DNA of 64,000 nucleotides, taken from assembly GCF_009914755.1 (NCBI RefSeq), contig NC_060934.1; one strand, written 5' to 3'. The position numbers were made by a program, and so were the translations under genes. Positions within the stretch are counted from its first letter, which is position 1; each line of letters opens with the position of its first letter. The DNA is from the human T2T-CHM13v2.0 reference genome, Homo sapiens. This document shows positions 39,075 to 52,250 of this stretch, piece by piece. Under the pieces are notes generated by a model that was not told the DNA's origin, ran no database searches, and was given only the letters and a program-made list of their open reading frames with translations.

Positions 39075-40120
39075 GTGCCAATCCTGGGCCTGGTCCCCTC
39101 TGATCCATTTCCTGCCTTCCCTTCGTCTGCTCTGTATTGCAAGCAAATGACCCTTGGAGGCTGTGTTTTGTAGGCTTCTGGATGGGTTATGCCAATGGAA
39201 GGCAATAGCAGAAGATATTAGGGCTGAAAGAGAAAGAAACAATTATTTCTCTTTTCCTTGGATGGTATCTTAAGCCCCAGCTGTTTCTCCCATTTTTAAC
39301 TCTTTTGGAAAAGCCATGTTCTAACTTCTGCCAGGTAACCCTAAACCCTGAGCCTCATCAATACCAAATCCTCTGTTTCTCTGGCCTAGGGGTGGTAGAA
39401 CTGCATTACCTGCCGTTGCTAATCTATGGGATGCCTAATCTATGGAATGTCTTGTTTGGTTTCTTAGCAATTCCATAACCTGTAATTCTGATTACTATTG
39501 CTGTGTAACAAATTACCCCAAAACTCAGTGGCTTAAAACAACCACTCCATGGGTCATGAATCTAGACAGGGTATAGCCAAGATGGTTTATCTCTTGGCCT
39601 CAATATCTGGGACCTCAGGTGTGAAGACTCAAAGACTCAGATGACTCCACACCTGGGGGCTGGAATCATCTGAATTTTATTTGCTCACATGTCTGGTGCC
39701 TGGGCTGGGATGACTCAAAGACTAAGACTGCTGGCTAGAGCATCCACACACAGCTTGACACGTGGCTTGATTCCTTACAGTGTGACAGCCTCAGAGTGGT
39801 CAGTCTGCTTTCATGGTGGTTCAGGGCCCCAAATGTGTGTGTGCCATTCAGCAAACAAGCTGAAGCTCTCTTTTATGTACTAGCTTCTGAAGTCATTCAG
39901 CATCACTTCCCACTATTCTGTAAGTTGCGATAGTCCCAAGTCCACTCAGATTCAAATGGGTGGTGGAAACACAAATCATGCCTGTGAATGGAAGGAGTGT
40001 CAAAATTTCTGGGGTCATGTTTTAAAACCATCATCCCTGGGTTACCAATCCATGGCATGAAACTGCCCATTTTACTAACTTGGAGTGTTTTCTGTTTTTC
40101 CAGTTGAACCCTAAACATTC
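39075..40120 (+). mobile_element. LTR33-like ERVL LTR split by MLT1F/H
   Basis: gccaatggaaggca...ggcctaggggtggtag...gttgctaatc; 3' end resumes at ~40035. Confidence 0.65.
39485..40033 (-). mobile_element. MLT1F/H-like solo LTR
   Basis: ctattgctgtgtaacaaattaccccaaaactcagtggcttaaaacaac...gggggctggaatcatctg...catgttttaaaacca. Confidence 0.85.
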
Positions 40121-40179
40121 AGTTCAGCTGTTGTTTGCGCTATTAAAGTTCCTTAAATTCCCCAATTAGAGCTGGTCTT

Positions 40180-40375
40180 TGTTGTCCCCACCTTTGTGCT
40201 ACCGTGACTCATCATAGCATTTGGATAAACTGTGTTCTAATCACTTTGTTTCTCTCCCTCAATAGACTATAGGCTTCTGTAGGGACTGAGCCTTATTTAT
40301 CTCAGTTTCCTCCATTATTAGCACATGTCTAGAACACAGCAGACAATAATATACATTGAGCAAATGAATGCATAT
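40180..40375 (+). mobile_element. L2 3' end (continuation of the fragment at ~38985-39075)
   Basis: tagactataggcttctgtagggactgagcc...gcaaatgaatg. Confidence 0.7.
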
Positions 40376-40485
40376 TTCACTCTAATCCTATTGATCATCA
40401 AGAATCATTTTGCACTTAACACCCTGAGAAAATTCTTTGGAAGTCTCCATGTGGCTTTATAAAGATTTTGACCCCTGATATGAAG

Positions 40486-40840
40486 CAAAGGCTATGAACT
40501 CAAATGCCAACAGGGCCTGGCAGGTAAATGAATGAAATGAATGAAGCAGACAGGTATAGAGAAGAGGGTGTGAGGTGGACTGTGGGGAGCATTTACCATG
40601 TCTACCAAGGCCACCCTGTGCACAGCCCTCAACAATTCAGACCATCAGTGAGTGAGAATGTGGCTCAGTATTCCAAGAACTTCTGATATTTTTTAGAAGT
40701 CAGAGTCTCTATTTTTATTTCCTGATTTTTAAGTGTTGCAAATTAACTAAAAAATTTTAAAAACTTTGTGTGGACCAACACTCTGCAAGCCAAACCAAAT
40801 ATAACCAAAGGCCGGATTCCGCCCTCATTCATGTCCTCTG
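40486..40840. mobile_element. MER102 hAT-Charlie DNA transposon
   Basis: aactcaaatgccaacagggcctggcaggtaa...gatttttaagtgttgcaaattaa...ggccggattc. Confidence 0.75.
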
Positions 40841-41299
40841 ATTTAGAATTGCCTGGCAAGGATCCACAGATAACTTCATTAACTCAAACTTCAATAGCTT
40901 GAGATGTCATCCTAGAAATATAATTCGTGAAAGAGGCATGTAAATTTGTTAACTGGCTAGACTCTTTAACATTGTGTATTTAACATAACAAAATACACAA
41001 TAATCGAATGAAATAATATGGCAAACTGCACTTGAAACTGTTAAATGTGTTTCATGCTACCCACCTTGATTGTTTTAAAAGCTACAAACCTAAAATTCAT
41101 AATAATTTTATCTTTTGGGATCAAAATATTTTCTCCACATTTTGCCACTGAATAAAATGCTTGCATATTCAGAGGGAATACAGAGATAATGATGAAGAAA
41201 TGAGATCACTCCTCCATGACTGCTCAGCCCCTAATAAAGATGACGGGCAGAATGATGCCTCTAACTTAAAAAATCTTAAATGTAAATTCCAGCATATAA

Positions 41300-41510
41300 A
41301 AGAAGAGCACTGCACTAGAAGTCCAGATAACTGCCTTCTAGTACTTGGGTTTGCCAGCATCCTGCACACAATGCCTGGCACCAGGAAGGTGCTCAGTAAG
41401 ATGTGCATGAATGTGTACATAAAATTTATATGTGAGAGAATGAGCAGCATGTGACTTTGAACAATTTACCTAAATGACTTATTTCTTTATCTGTAAAATG
41501 AGGAATTTGA
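41300..41510 (+). mobile_element. MIR with a nested L2 tail
   Basis: agagcactgcactagaagtc...[cacaatgcctggcacc]...catgtgactttgaacaa...ctgtaaaatgagg. Confidence 0.6.
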
Positions 41511-42774
41511 AAGAGCTCTTTTATCATTGATTAATGCACCCAGCACATGCTAAGCATACTAATAAACAGGTTCTCATTTAATCTCTATGGCCCCACAGCT
41601 CTAAATTTCTATAAAAACGGGCTTCCAAAGAGCATGGAATGGATTGGGTAGCTGTTATAAGGAGTTTGTTGGCATCTCTTCTCTTTAGTTTTGCACCAGG
41701 TAAAAATGGACAAAAGTCTGCAATTCACCAAAAGTCACACATGGCCAACACTACCACGTGCATACACACACGTATCTGTGGAAACACACAAAGCTGGAAT
41801 GACACATTTTAGTATTTAATACCTTCTTGTGACTTAACTATGTGCATTAGAGAAGATGTTCATGGAACTGAAACCTCTGAGACCCCTTTGAAGATTCCTT
41901 TGCCCCACATTTCACCTATGCTTTGTTGAATCTGAGGCCCAGGTCCAGGAGACATCTAAATGGGTCAGCTAAGCTTTTCCCTGGCCTACAAAGCCTCTTC
42001 CAATGGTGCACCACACCACAGTGTATTTATCCCACATTTGGAGCATGTCAGAGACAACAGACCAGAAAGCCTTATGATGCTCTGCTGATATTTCTTCTCG
42101 TTCCAAGTAGCCATTCCTACTTGGTCTGGGAAGAGATAAAGTTGCTGGTCCACAGATAAAAATCAGCAGGTACACTAGCAAACTGCTGGTGGGTCACCTA
42201 ACCTGCTCTGGACCTTTTTCCTTCCTTCTTTACTCCACCCCAGGACGCTTTTCCATCTCTCTTGTCTCTTCTCCCTCTATCTCGTCATATCCAATTTATG
42301 TGCCATCCCCCACAACCCGGTGCACAGTAGGTACTGTATGCATTTGATAAACTATTTAGATTGACCTCACTTGTTCTGACAAAAAACGCTGGTGGTTCTC
42401 TAAGCCGTCAATCAGAAAGTCAGATTTTATAACAAGTTGTGGAAGAGGGAAAGCCTTTATTTTCATTTTTAGGTGTCCAATCCCTTACCCCCATACAACT
42501 CCCACACAGACAAGTACACTGTGCAGTTTTCATGAACTCAGATCATGGCCAGACCTCACGAGGTGGGTGGGCAGAGGCTGTGGCCAGAGGGGCTAGGGGC
42601 TTCGATTTTCTTCCTCATCTTTACCTGCCCAAGTCTATAACTTTCTTTAGGACTCTGCAGTACTATCCTCTGCTGCAGAAAACATTCTCTGTGTGACTCC
42701 TGGAGATCCGGTTAAGTTTCTCTCATGGGTGCTAATCACCCTGTCCTTGGTCCTGTGAACATCAATCAGCCAGC

Positions 42775-42910
42775 ACTGTCATTTCCCTTACTGGACTGGA
42801 GGTACCTTGAGCAGGGCTGAAGCTTATTCACATTCTATACACAGCTCCTATCACACTACCGGGCACATAGTAGGTGCCCAATTAATTGACTACCTTAGTG
42901 AATGTATGGC
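42775..42910 (+). mobile_element. L2 3' end
   Basis: actggactggagg...gggcacatagtaggtgcccaa. Confidence 0.7.
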
Positions 42911-44235
42911 TATTTAATACATGTATTGTAGAGATAACTTTCTAAGTCTGTACTCTATAGGACATAGAGGCCTGGGCTCTGGATAAACACTGCTGAGTTG
43001 CACAAGTTGGTGATATTAAGGTTTTCAATTAAGGCAATAGTCATGGGAGCAGAAGGGAATGGGCTCTGACACCAGAACTCAGGCTTTTGGGCCTTGAACA
43101 CTCACTCAAAGCCCTTAGGCTGAAGTGAATTTTTCTGGAGCTTGCTAAGATAAAAGCAGTGTTTAAGGGAACATTTGGGCATGTCTCAGGGCAGTGAACT
43201 TGAGCAATTTCAAAAACACTGGGTCTACTTTGTAGAGCGGGTTGTGGATGTGATTTACCCACTGTATTTCAGAGCCTCGGTCACTGTCCAGGCAAGAGTC
43301 TCAGGGGTCTGTCTCTGGGGTAGGAGTTAAGCTCTCACAATGCTCACAAAGTTGCTTCATAAGTCTTTGGTTTTAACATGACAGTGACCACCTGTCCTAC
43401 CCAATCCCTGAGGGAAACATTAGAAGCAGCAGCACATTGACATTCAGGCTGGAAGATGCAGTGTGCCAAAGATTAAATGGAAAGACTTTTCCTGGGTTAT
43501 TCTTATTGCATCCAGGGGTGGCAACTGGGGACAGGGGTGCCAGATGGACACAGAGGCTGCTGGGGTGGGTGTGGGATTATTTGTTTCTATAGAAACATTT
43601 CTATAGGACGTCTGTAGGGCCTTTGGAAGGTGGCACTGGTCTTGCCCTGAGAACCATGTGGTGCCCTTTCACAATGTTCCCAATGCCTTTTTATTACCAA
43701 AGGAGTTTTCTAGTAGCTGCCCTGTCTCTGGCCTGGAATTTACTGAGATTCTGTGAAAATGGAGTCTTCTGAATTCCAAGCCAGGTTTCTGCCTTTCCAG
43801 GAAGACAGGGTCTTAGTATCCACACACTGTGAAGAACGAGAAGCTTGGCCCCAGAGCCCTTGGCATTTTCCTGCCCCCCTCCCTCCCCTCCTCCTGGCCT
43901 GGGTTTGTCCCCCTGGGGCGTGGACCTCAGCCAGTTGTCAACTAATCCTTGCTAAGGTGTTAGGTGGCAAAGGCTCAAGGGTTATTAATCTTTGTAGGAG
44001 CTTTCCACATTAAACAAAGTTTTGTTATTAAATCAAAGGGCATTAAAAATTCACCACCATAGCATAAAAACAATTTCTTTGTGTCCTCTATAAATCCTTA
44101 CCTTTAAAAGTGAGTTTAGTTATGATCATAATATATATGCAATATGTGGGACTTTTTCATAAAGAAGAACATTTTGCACATCTTCACATTTTTTAATGTC
44201 CCATTCTCACTCTCATAGTAGTTTGAAGGCAGCTT

Positions 44236-44733
44236 TTGCAGCATCTGTCCATTTCTTGATTTCTCCCCAGCATATCCAGCTGCCCTCCCTCTCTTCCTGC
44301 CTCCTGGCAATGAAGCGAGCCCCCAGGGCCATGGTGTAACTGTGACCCTGCCTCTACCTATGACTAACTCCTGCCACACTGAATAAACAGGAGTAGCACT
44401 AGATGCAAGATGAGTCAGAGTCTTTCTCCCCAAACTATGAAATTAAGGCCAGGAAAAGGACTTGTGTTGGTTTCTTTTTGGGTAGCTGAACCTGCAACAT
44501 GTCAGCTTAGGAGTGGAGAAGTGGGTTTTCTCCAACAATGCTGTGGACCTAACAAGAGAAGAAGCTGAGAGAGGAGAATGAAGCAGATGTGCAGAGAAGG
44601 GCAGAGGTGACAGAACTTCCCTGAGGCCCAGGTATATTCCTGCTCTTGATTTCTGTGAGACACACCTGTATTTTTTGCTTAAGCCAGCTTTGTTTCATTT
44701 TTGTCACTTGCAAGCAAGAGTCCAAACTAATTA
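44236..44733 (+). mobile_element. MLT1K/L-like solo LTR
   Basis: 3' end tttttgcttaagccagctttg...tgtcacttgcaagcaagagtccaaactaat. Confidence 0.75.
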
Positions 44734-44734
44734 T

Positions 44735-44935
44735 AAGAATAATAATATTAATGACATGGAACATTTGTGATGTATCAGATATTTACACACCGGGTATTTA
44801 ATACCTTCAATCACCTAACGAGCTAACATAGAGATCCAGTAACCTTCTCAAGATAGTACCTCTTAATGAATTGTGGACTGGGATTTGAACCCTGATCTTG
44901 TCTGATTTTACAGTCTATGGTCTTAACTATTCCCT
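44735..44935 (-). mobile_element. MIR SINE
   Basis: ctgggatttgaaccctgatcttgtctgatt...tcttaactat. Confidence 0.55.
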
Positions 44936-45369
44936 ATGTGGACTCTCAAGGTAAGTGTGTCATCACAGAAGTGGGATGAATAGAGGGAAGAAACATCATG
45001 CCTTCCAAGAATAAATATAAAACACTCTCATTTCAGATGCCAGAAATAAGACATTTTGAGGCACAAGCCTCTTCCTGCTTAACCCCCGTCAAGTGACCCC
45101 ATATAGACAGTACTGTTTTCCTTGTGTCTTGGCTTATGGATGTCCTTGCCTGGTGTTTGGTACCTCGGATGGGCCTACCCTTTCTCCAACAGCAAGGAAG
45201 ACCTGTGTTGAGTCAGTTCTCTGCATACAAACATGTCTGCATGATCCAGCCGTGGTTTATTCATGATACATTTGTAAGAATTCTCCTCTTGCCATCAACT
45301 GTGCTCCTGGAACCACCTTTCATTGCTTCTAGTTGGTATATTCTTAAACATTTCAAACTAGTGGCAGTC

Positions 45370-45580
45370 ACTCATGCATTTATTCACTATCTTTAACATG
45401 TTAGTTGACCACAGTCTATGGGCCTGTCTTAATCCCGGGAATACAGGACAAATCAAACAGCATGTCTGCCTCCTTAGAGATCACAGAGGCATTTGAAGAC
45501 ATTCCCTAATAACACCACACATTAACATCAGAGTAGAGGCACACACAGGCTGCCTTGGGAGCAAGGGAGGAGGAGTAGGG
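45370..45580 (-). mobile_element. L2 3' fragment
   Basis: cactcatgcatttattcac...gggaatacagg...ctgcctccttagagatcacag. Confidence 0.55.
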
Positions 45581-46339
45581 GTAGAGGGGTGATATGGGGT
45601 GTGTAAACTAACTCTATCTGTGGAAAAGGCTTAATGAACAACTAGACGTTGGAGGCTGTGAGCATTTGTACTAACCCAATCAACCTAAGTAAAGCAAATG
45701 CACAAGTTTTCGTCTGCTGTGATATTATGATAAATCATTTATCAGGAACAAAGGCTGAATTGCAGGGCTATGTCTCTCCATGTCTGTCTTCAAGGGCACC
45801 ATGATTTTGGGAATTGATAGAATTGGTTACAAACCTTCATGTGTACTAAGAATTCCTAGCCAATCATCCAGGGATTTGCTTCAGCAGAGAGTTTTTGCGT
45901 GGAAGGACTGGTCTCACAGTTTCCCCCTAGGGCAGCACATCTCTTCAGAAATGCCAACCCAGTGGAGGGAAAGCAGCCCTGTGAGGATTCTCACATGCCC
46001 CTGGACATCTTCAAAGGTGGCAAACAGGAATCAAGAATTACGCAGAACTCATCTTCCTCTAGGATGGGTACACTGGAGCACAGTTGTAGCTGGAGTAGAA
46101 AGGCAGCTCAGGGAGGAGAATAAGTTTCAGGGAATTCAGACAAAACCAGCCCGTGGGGAATATTTTTAAATTCCAGGCAAATGATTGGATAGGAATACAA
46201 TAAGCGTTCCTAGTGTAAAGGCTTTCCCTTCTCGATATTGATCTTGTGGCAACTCAGAAAGCTATTTGCAAGGAAATGGTCACTCTTTCCCTTTACATAA
46301 CATTCATAAATGTGCAGCCAAATTCAATGTGTCATAGAT

Positions 46340-46850
46340 GAAATTACCAACCCGCGTACCACCCGCCTGTCTCATGTGAGCTCGGTTTACGGTTCCAGTG
46401 TTCTCCAGCGAGCATCACAAATCCACATAATGTTCCGAGTGCTAAATTTGGAGCTCTGATGTAGCTGACAGATGTTTAAAATCACATTTAGTCGGACAAC
46501 TCCCTGAGGAGGACACAGCTGCAGATGTGAAAGAGAGCAAGTTATTCCAGTTAAGGTCGGCGGGAACTCGGCCTGAAAACCTTCCGTCTCCATCCGCCTT
46601 CTTCAGACAGGAGGATATGGGCGAAGGAACTTTTTCATGCGGGGTCCGCCCACCTTCGGCCAAACCCTCCCTCACAAACCTCCATTTGAATTGTTGCCAA
46701 GATAAACATGGAGGCTGTATCTTGGGCAGAGTGTAGGGTGCTACACTTAGCCTTAATTGAGTACGAAAGAGGCTGCTTGCTTTTTAAAAACAGGCACAAA
46801 GCCACATTTTGGAGCCTGCTTTGCCCCTCTGGTGGCATCTTAGTCCCGAA
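46340..46850. promoter_or_regulatory. Small orphan CpG-rich element with candidate CTCF site
   Basis: 17 CpGs in 46351-46660 outside any repeat; TGCCACCAGAGGGGCA on the minus strand at 46822-46837. Confidence 0.55.
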
Positions 46851-48449
46851 AATGAATATGATTCTGGAATTTTGCTCTTCATGATCAGTTATTCAAACGT
46901 CAACCATTCTGGATGGGTTGAAGGGCCATTCACCCTCCCTCACTCCTCTGACATCTCGAATAGTTCCTCCTTCGTTTTTTAAAAACAACAAAATTAAAAT
47001 TATCCTAAAATCTTTGCAAGATCACATATTTTAGGCTTGTTTCAAGACTCAGACTAAAATGGATTTGTTTAAAAAAATGGTCTGTGTATTTGATGTGGGA
47101 GACTAGTGACCTTTGGTGTGTTATGCCAAAAAAAAAAAATGTTTGATGTCTAAAATTTCCCTACTGAGCTTGTATTGTTTCTGGTCTCTTTCTGTGATTT
47201 TTCCATCCTCCATCATTCCCCACGTTCAAAATCAGTTCTTTATTTACTCAACGGAGGTTTTGACATAGTTATGAGCTCATCCTGATGGCAGCCTCAAATC
47301 AATGCAAATCACATTACGATGTCAAAATTGATGTGATGTGAGTGTAAGTTAAATGATTGTAAAACAATTTTAGGACAGAGACCAAGAGAGACTCTTACCA
47401 TGTCAGGAGAATGGTAGGAAGGGATTAATGGGAGAACTCTGCCAGATTCATATCAGGACAATATAGCGTGCACACTATATTGGCTTTACTCCCAATTTAA
47501 AGTTCTTATAAAGGCATCCTTAGAGACCACAAAATACCCTCAGAGGAGGTTGATGGGCAGCTGGCTAGGGTGATAGAGTGGGTTTGGCTCACAATGTTTT
47601 AGGCACTGAGATGAGCAGATAGTATGTTAAGTGAATGACAACTGGGAACAAACCAAACTCAGTCAGTGCCGATGAATCCCTAGAGCCTAGTTTCTAAATG
47701 GTCAGGCTGGGAGACCTATAGCTAGGAAAGGAGATTCAGTAATGGGGTAAACAGGGGAAGAGAAATAGACTCTAGGGCCAGTGAGAAAATCTCAGGTGGA
47801 TTCCTGTGCTAAAAGTAAAAAATCACACTTCCTAACTCCTTGGACTTCAGGACTCAGTCTACGATATTATCTTCAATTCATGGACTTTCACAGTCTGGAG
47901 TGGAACATTATACACCAATCCATGACTATAAATGACTTTGGGAGGGTGGAATTGGAAGAAGAAAGGGGAAGCGCATTAACATTAGAAGCAAATCTGTACT
48001 GTGTGGTTTGTTGTAATGCTTTTTCCTTTACTTAAAAAAAAATCCATTGAAATTAATTGAATGACATGTGCATAAACACACACCCTTTCCCCCACAAGAA
48101 ATTTTACTGGATAAAGTTCAGGAAACTCTATAATTGACTAGCAAGTCCTTTGACCTCTGTGGGTGCCAGTTTCCTCGTCTCTGAGAAATCACAGTATTTC
48201 TGGGAGAATAAAATGCAATAGATAAGGATAGAGTTTTGAGAAGCTGAAAGGGGGGTTAGAGGGCAAAATGTTACTGCAATTATACAGGGCATAAAGGGTA
48301 CTTTATAAATATTGTGACTGACGGTGACATTGGTGCAAATTCCTGTAAGAGATTCTTTTAGTCATATATTTCTCAAGGACTTTGGGCACTAAAGATAAAT
48401 GTTCAGAATTATGTATTCTGGATCCTATTAAATAAAATCTAATTTGACT

Positions 48450-48670
48450 TGTGGACAGAGAAGTCTTTGGAGTCCGTTTTGAACCCTAACTCCACAACTC
48501 ACTTGCTCTGATACATGTGGGCAGATTAGTTAATTTCTCTTAGCTTTAGTTTTCCAAGACTATAAAAAGAGGATTAATATTACCTTCCCCCTAGGACTGT
48601 TGTGGGAAATATGTGAGACAATGCATATAAACTGTCTAATCATGGCTGCTCCCATCACTGGGAGATCTCC
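48450..48670 (+). mobile_element. MIR SINE
   Basis: gggcagattagttaatttctcttagctttagtttt...ggactgttgtgggaaatatgtgagacaatg. Confidence 0.7.
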
Positions 48671-49797
48671 ATGCAAAGTGCAATCATTATTTGATGGTAA
48701 CAAACATTCCTTCTTCTCTTTTACCAACAGAGAAACTGAAATAATGAGAAAAGTAATAAGTTGCAGCCACAGGATGAGATAAGGCAGTAGTTGGGAATAA
48801 ACCCCAGGCCTAAAAGCTGCCATCAGGTCATAGTAGGAACTGTTTGATTATTTTCTGCAGAGGAACTCTTACCTTAGGAGTTTTAGGAACTACATCCACT
48901 CTTCTGATGTCTGGGTATTGGAAAAGACAGGGTCATTCCTTCACCAGAGACCTAGGGTGCTCTGCTGCTGTGATTGTGAAAATGTGGGGCAACAAAGTGC
49001 AGTCTTTAATGCTCTGTTACTGGCGAGCTCAAATCCCTGAAGCTAAAGAGCATTCCGGATGCCCTGGATTTCCCTCACATTCACTTTGTGTGGAGACTTA
49101 AATCATTCTGTAATTCTAAATACTGTGGGAACAGTAGCAAATGCTATCACACACTGGTTACTTTCTACTTATCATTATTTAAATGATCACCAACAAAGAC
49201 ACTGGTTTAGAAAAGCACACAGGAGTTGGCTAAGACCAGTTGGTTGGGAATCATGTCTGCCGGTCTCAACTTATGTCCATTTAGCAAAGTGAAGTCTTAA
49301 AGACAAAAGAGGGAGGAGTTTCCAAAGATTCTCACTCCTATCTGAGTGAGGAATGCAATCCCAATCTCCAACTTGGCAGAAACTATCACATCAATCTCTA
49401 CAGGGCATTGATTTTAATTGGAGCCAGAGACATGGGTACTTCAAACAAAAAGAAATGGGTTATCATCACCATGCCAGGTAACTTTCAGTGCTAACACACA
49501 TTTTCTCAATTTAAGTGGACATTATGTGTGCTTATGGGCGCAAAGGCTATGCATGAAAGTTCTACTTGGAAACGGTTTAAATGTCTATCTCTGGGAATCA
49601 GGTGAATGAATTTTGGCCAATCTGCACACATTTTCCACACTTGTAAATTGAGTGAGGCGGATCACTGCACTCTCACGCATAGTTACCAACTGGCTGCGTT
49701 CTAAAGTGAAAAGCCAGGTACTGAGTTGTGTGTAGAACATGCAAATTTTTTCCAAGTATATGGGAGGATTCAAAATATGGGCATAAAACTTAAATAG

Positions 49798-50122
<325 letters not shown>

Positions 50123-50419
50123 AAAGATGGACTTTTAAGGAAAAAAAGAATTTGGTTTGGGCCTAGAGAATGTGTATGAAATTCTAACAGTACCCTACTC
50201 CTGGGCTCCCAAGAGAACACAATCTCTGCCTGTGACCAATCCCCCTCATAATTTCCTGACCAAGAAATTGCCTCAAAGAACAGGAAACATGAAGATAAGC
50301 AAACTTGAGCTGGTTTCTCTGAGTCCTGCAGCCACTTCCCTGTGGCAGTATTCTGATTTTCTTTTAACCTAAGCTATGCAGATGGACAGGTGTTATTTAT
50401 GGCAAACTTAATACTATTC

Positions 50420-50660
50420 TTCATCAAATGTTTATCAGATAGTAGACAATAGTGTCAAGGGCTTTATCTATTTGAATTAATGCAAGTATGGAATCCTTAT
50501 AGCAATTGTACAAAGGTAGCTGTAATTTACCCATCTTGCAGATGATAAAACTAAGGTTCTGAGTGGCTAGCTAAATTGACCACATCAAAGAACAAATAAA
50601 GGGCAGAATTTGAATGTGAACTCATTTGACTTTGAAACCCTGCTCTTAAACACTACCTAG
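50420..50660 (-). mobile_element. MIR SINE
   Basis: cccatcttgcagatgataaaactaaggttct...tgctcttaaacactac. Confidence 0.7.
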
Positions 50661-51271
50661 TACTAGTCTGACTTCACGAACAGCATCTGTATTAAGCCTT
50701 CATGGTTGGAAGGGTTCTTGGGCTGAATTAGCCAAACAATAATATTTTCTTTAGCCTTGAATTTGTATTCTCCTCATCCTCCCTAATTTCAGTGCTTTAC
50801 CAACTCATTGATACCACTGGCAAAGAGAGTTGACTTTTTTTAAAATAATAATTTCTTTAAGGAAAGCAAACCACACAAACATTTGTGTTTGCTATTTAAT
50901 GGAAGGTTATGTTTGCTTAGCAGAAACTAAAAAGGAACTCTTGAAATGACTTTTAAAAATCTAACTAGAAAATGAACATGTGCTGACATGTTCTTTATTG
51001 CTTTCAGCAAAAGACAAATACTATATGTGCCCAAACCTTCCAGAGTTGCTGTGAGCAAAACCCAACACACCCAAAGTAGAATTAGGGGATGGAGATATTA
51101 ACAGACTTGAGAAGAAGGATGGAATTTGCTTAGATATTCTCTGAAGGAATAGCTGCTCTACCAATTTCTGATAATGGCTGGAAACAGGAAAGGAAGTAAT
51201 AATTAAAATGGTCAGTATGGAAGAAGATTGGTTTCATTCCTCTTTCTGTATTCCATAGAGATCTGGAAGAT

Positions 51272-51310
51272 AAGCTTTAATATCAAACTTTAACATCAAG
51301 CTTTAACATC
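51272..51310. repeat. 13-bp tandem repeat x3
   Basis: aagctttaatatc aaactttaacatc aagctttaacatc. Confidence 0.9.
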
Positions 51311-51407
51311 TGCTGAGTTTGAATCCTCCCTCTTCCACCTACCACCTGGGTGACCTCAATTCATTTATAAAAAGAGGATAATATTAGACACCCTCTGCCC
51401 CCCACCA

Positions 51408-51747
51408 CACTAGTCAGGAGAGGCTTAGTTATGCTGCAGTAACAAACACCAGTTATCAGTGATTTCAAACAACAAATATTTATTTTTCATCCATGCTGTG
51501 TCCAACATGGGTCAGCAGGGGGTCACTGAGCCTTCACTACCTTATAATGATGCCTGCCCAATACAAGGCTTTAGGACCCACCATTGCAAGGGGAAAGAGT
51601 ACCTCTTATTAGATGATTATACATGGAAGTGACACATGTCACTTCTGCTTAAATTTCATCCATCAAAGCAAGTCATGTGGCCACCCCTAGCTTCAAGAAG
51701 AGAACCAGAAATCTTGGTAAGCACTGGTCATGTCCACTTCTACCACA
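51408..51747 (-). mobile_element. MLT1I/J-like LTR nested in a MIR (~51315-51785)
   Basis: gttatgctgcagtaacaaac...gcaagtcatgtggccac...ctaccaca. Confidence 0.8.
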
Positions 51748-51829
51748 CCCTCCCTTTAGGATTATTGTAGAGATTAAATGTTAATTATTATTGTTATGAT
51801 TTACTTCAATACCCCTAGTGCCCACATAT

Positions 51830-52250
51830 TAGATAATTAAAAAGAATGAACAACACAGTGACCATGACTTTCAGCAGCTCAGAATTTAATGTAGGGAACA
51901 AAATCAAACCAAAAACCAAACTACAATGTGATAAGTGCCAAAAGCCCAAAGAACTGTGTGTTGAGAGAGCAGAAGAGAATCAATGTAATCTTTTAGATGG
52001 AGGAGTGGGAAATGAGGTCTTCACATGGGAAGCTTCACTGGGAAGGTGACACTTCTGAGTTTTGACAAATGAGTAGGAGTTCATAGGGTGAAGAATAAGG
52101 AGAAAGGCAAACCGGCTGGAGAAAACCTACACAGAGGCGGAGGCAGGAGAGGGTATAGTGAGTACCTTCTGGGCAGGATTCATGCTGGGGAATTGTGGGA
52201 AGTGATGGTGGCTAGGTAGGCAGAGTCTAGACTAGCAAACGCCTTGTATA
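51830..52250 (-). mobile_element. L2 fragment
   Basis: caatgtgataagtgcc...gggaagcttcactgggaaggtgac...atgagtaggagtt. Confidence 0.7.

Noticed and set aside
41161-41454. 97-aa acidic-looking ORF
   Set aside because: Composed of L2-tail-like and MIR sequence
51626-51645. Palindrome gaagtgaca-ca-tgtcacttc
   Set aside because: Intrinsic to the MLT1 consensus
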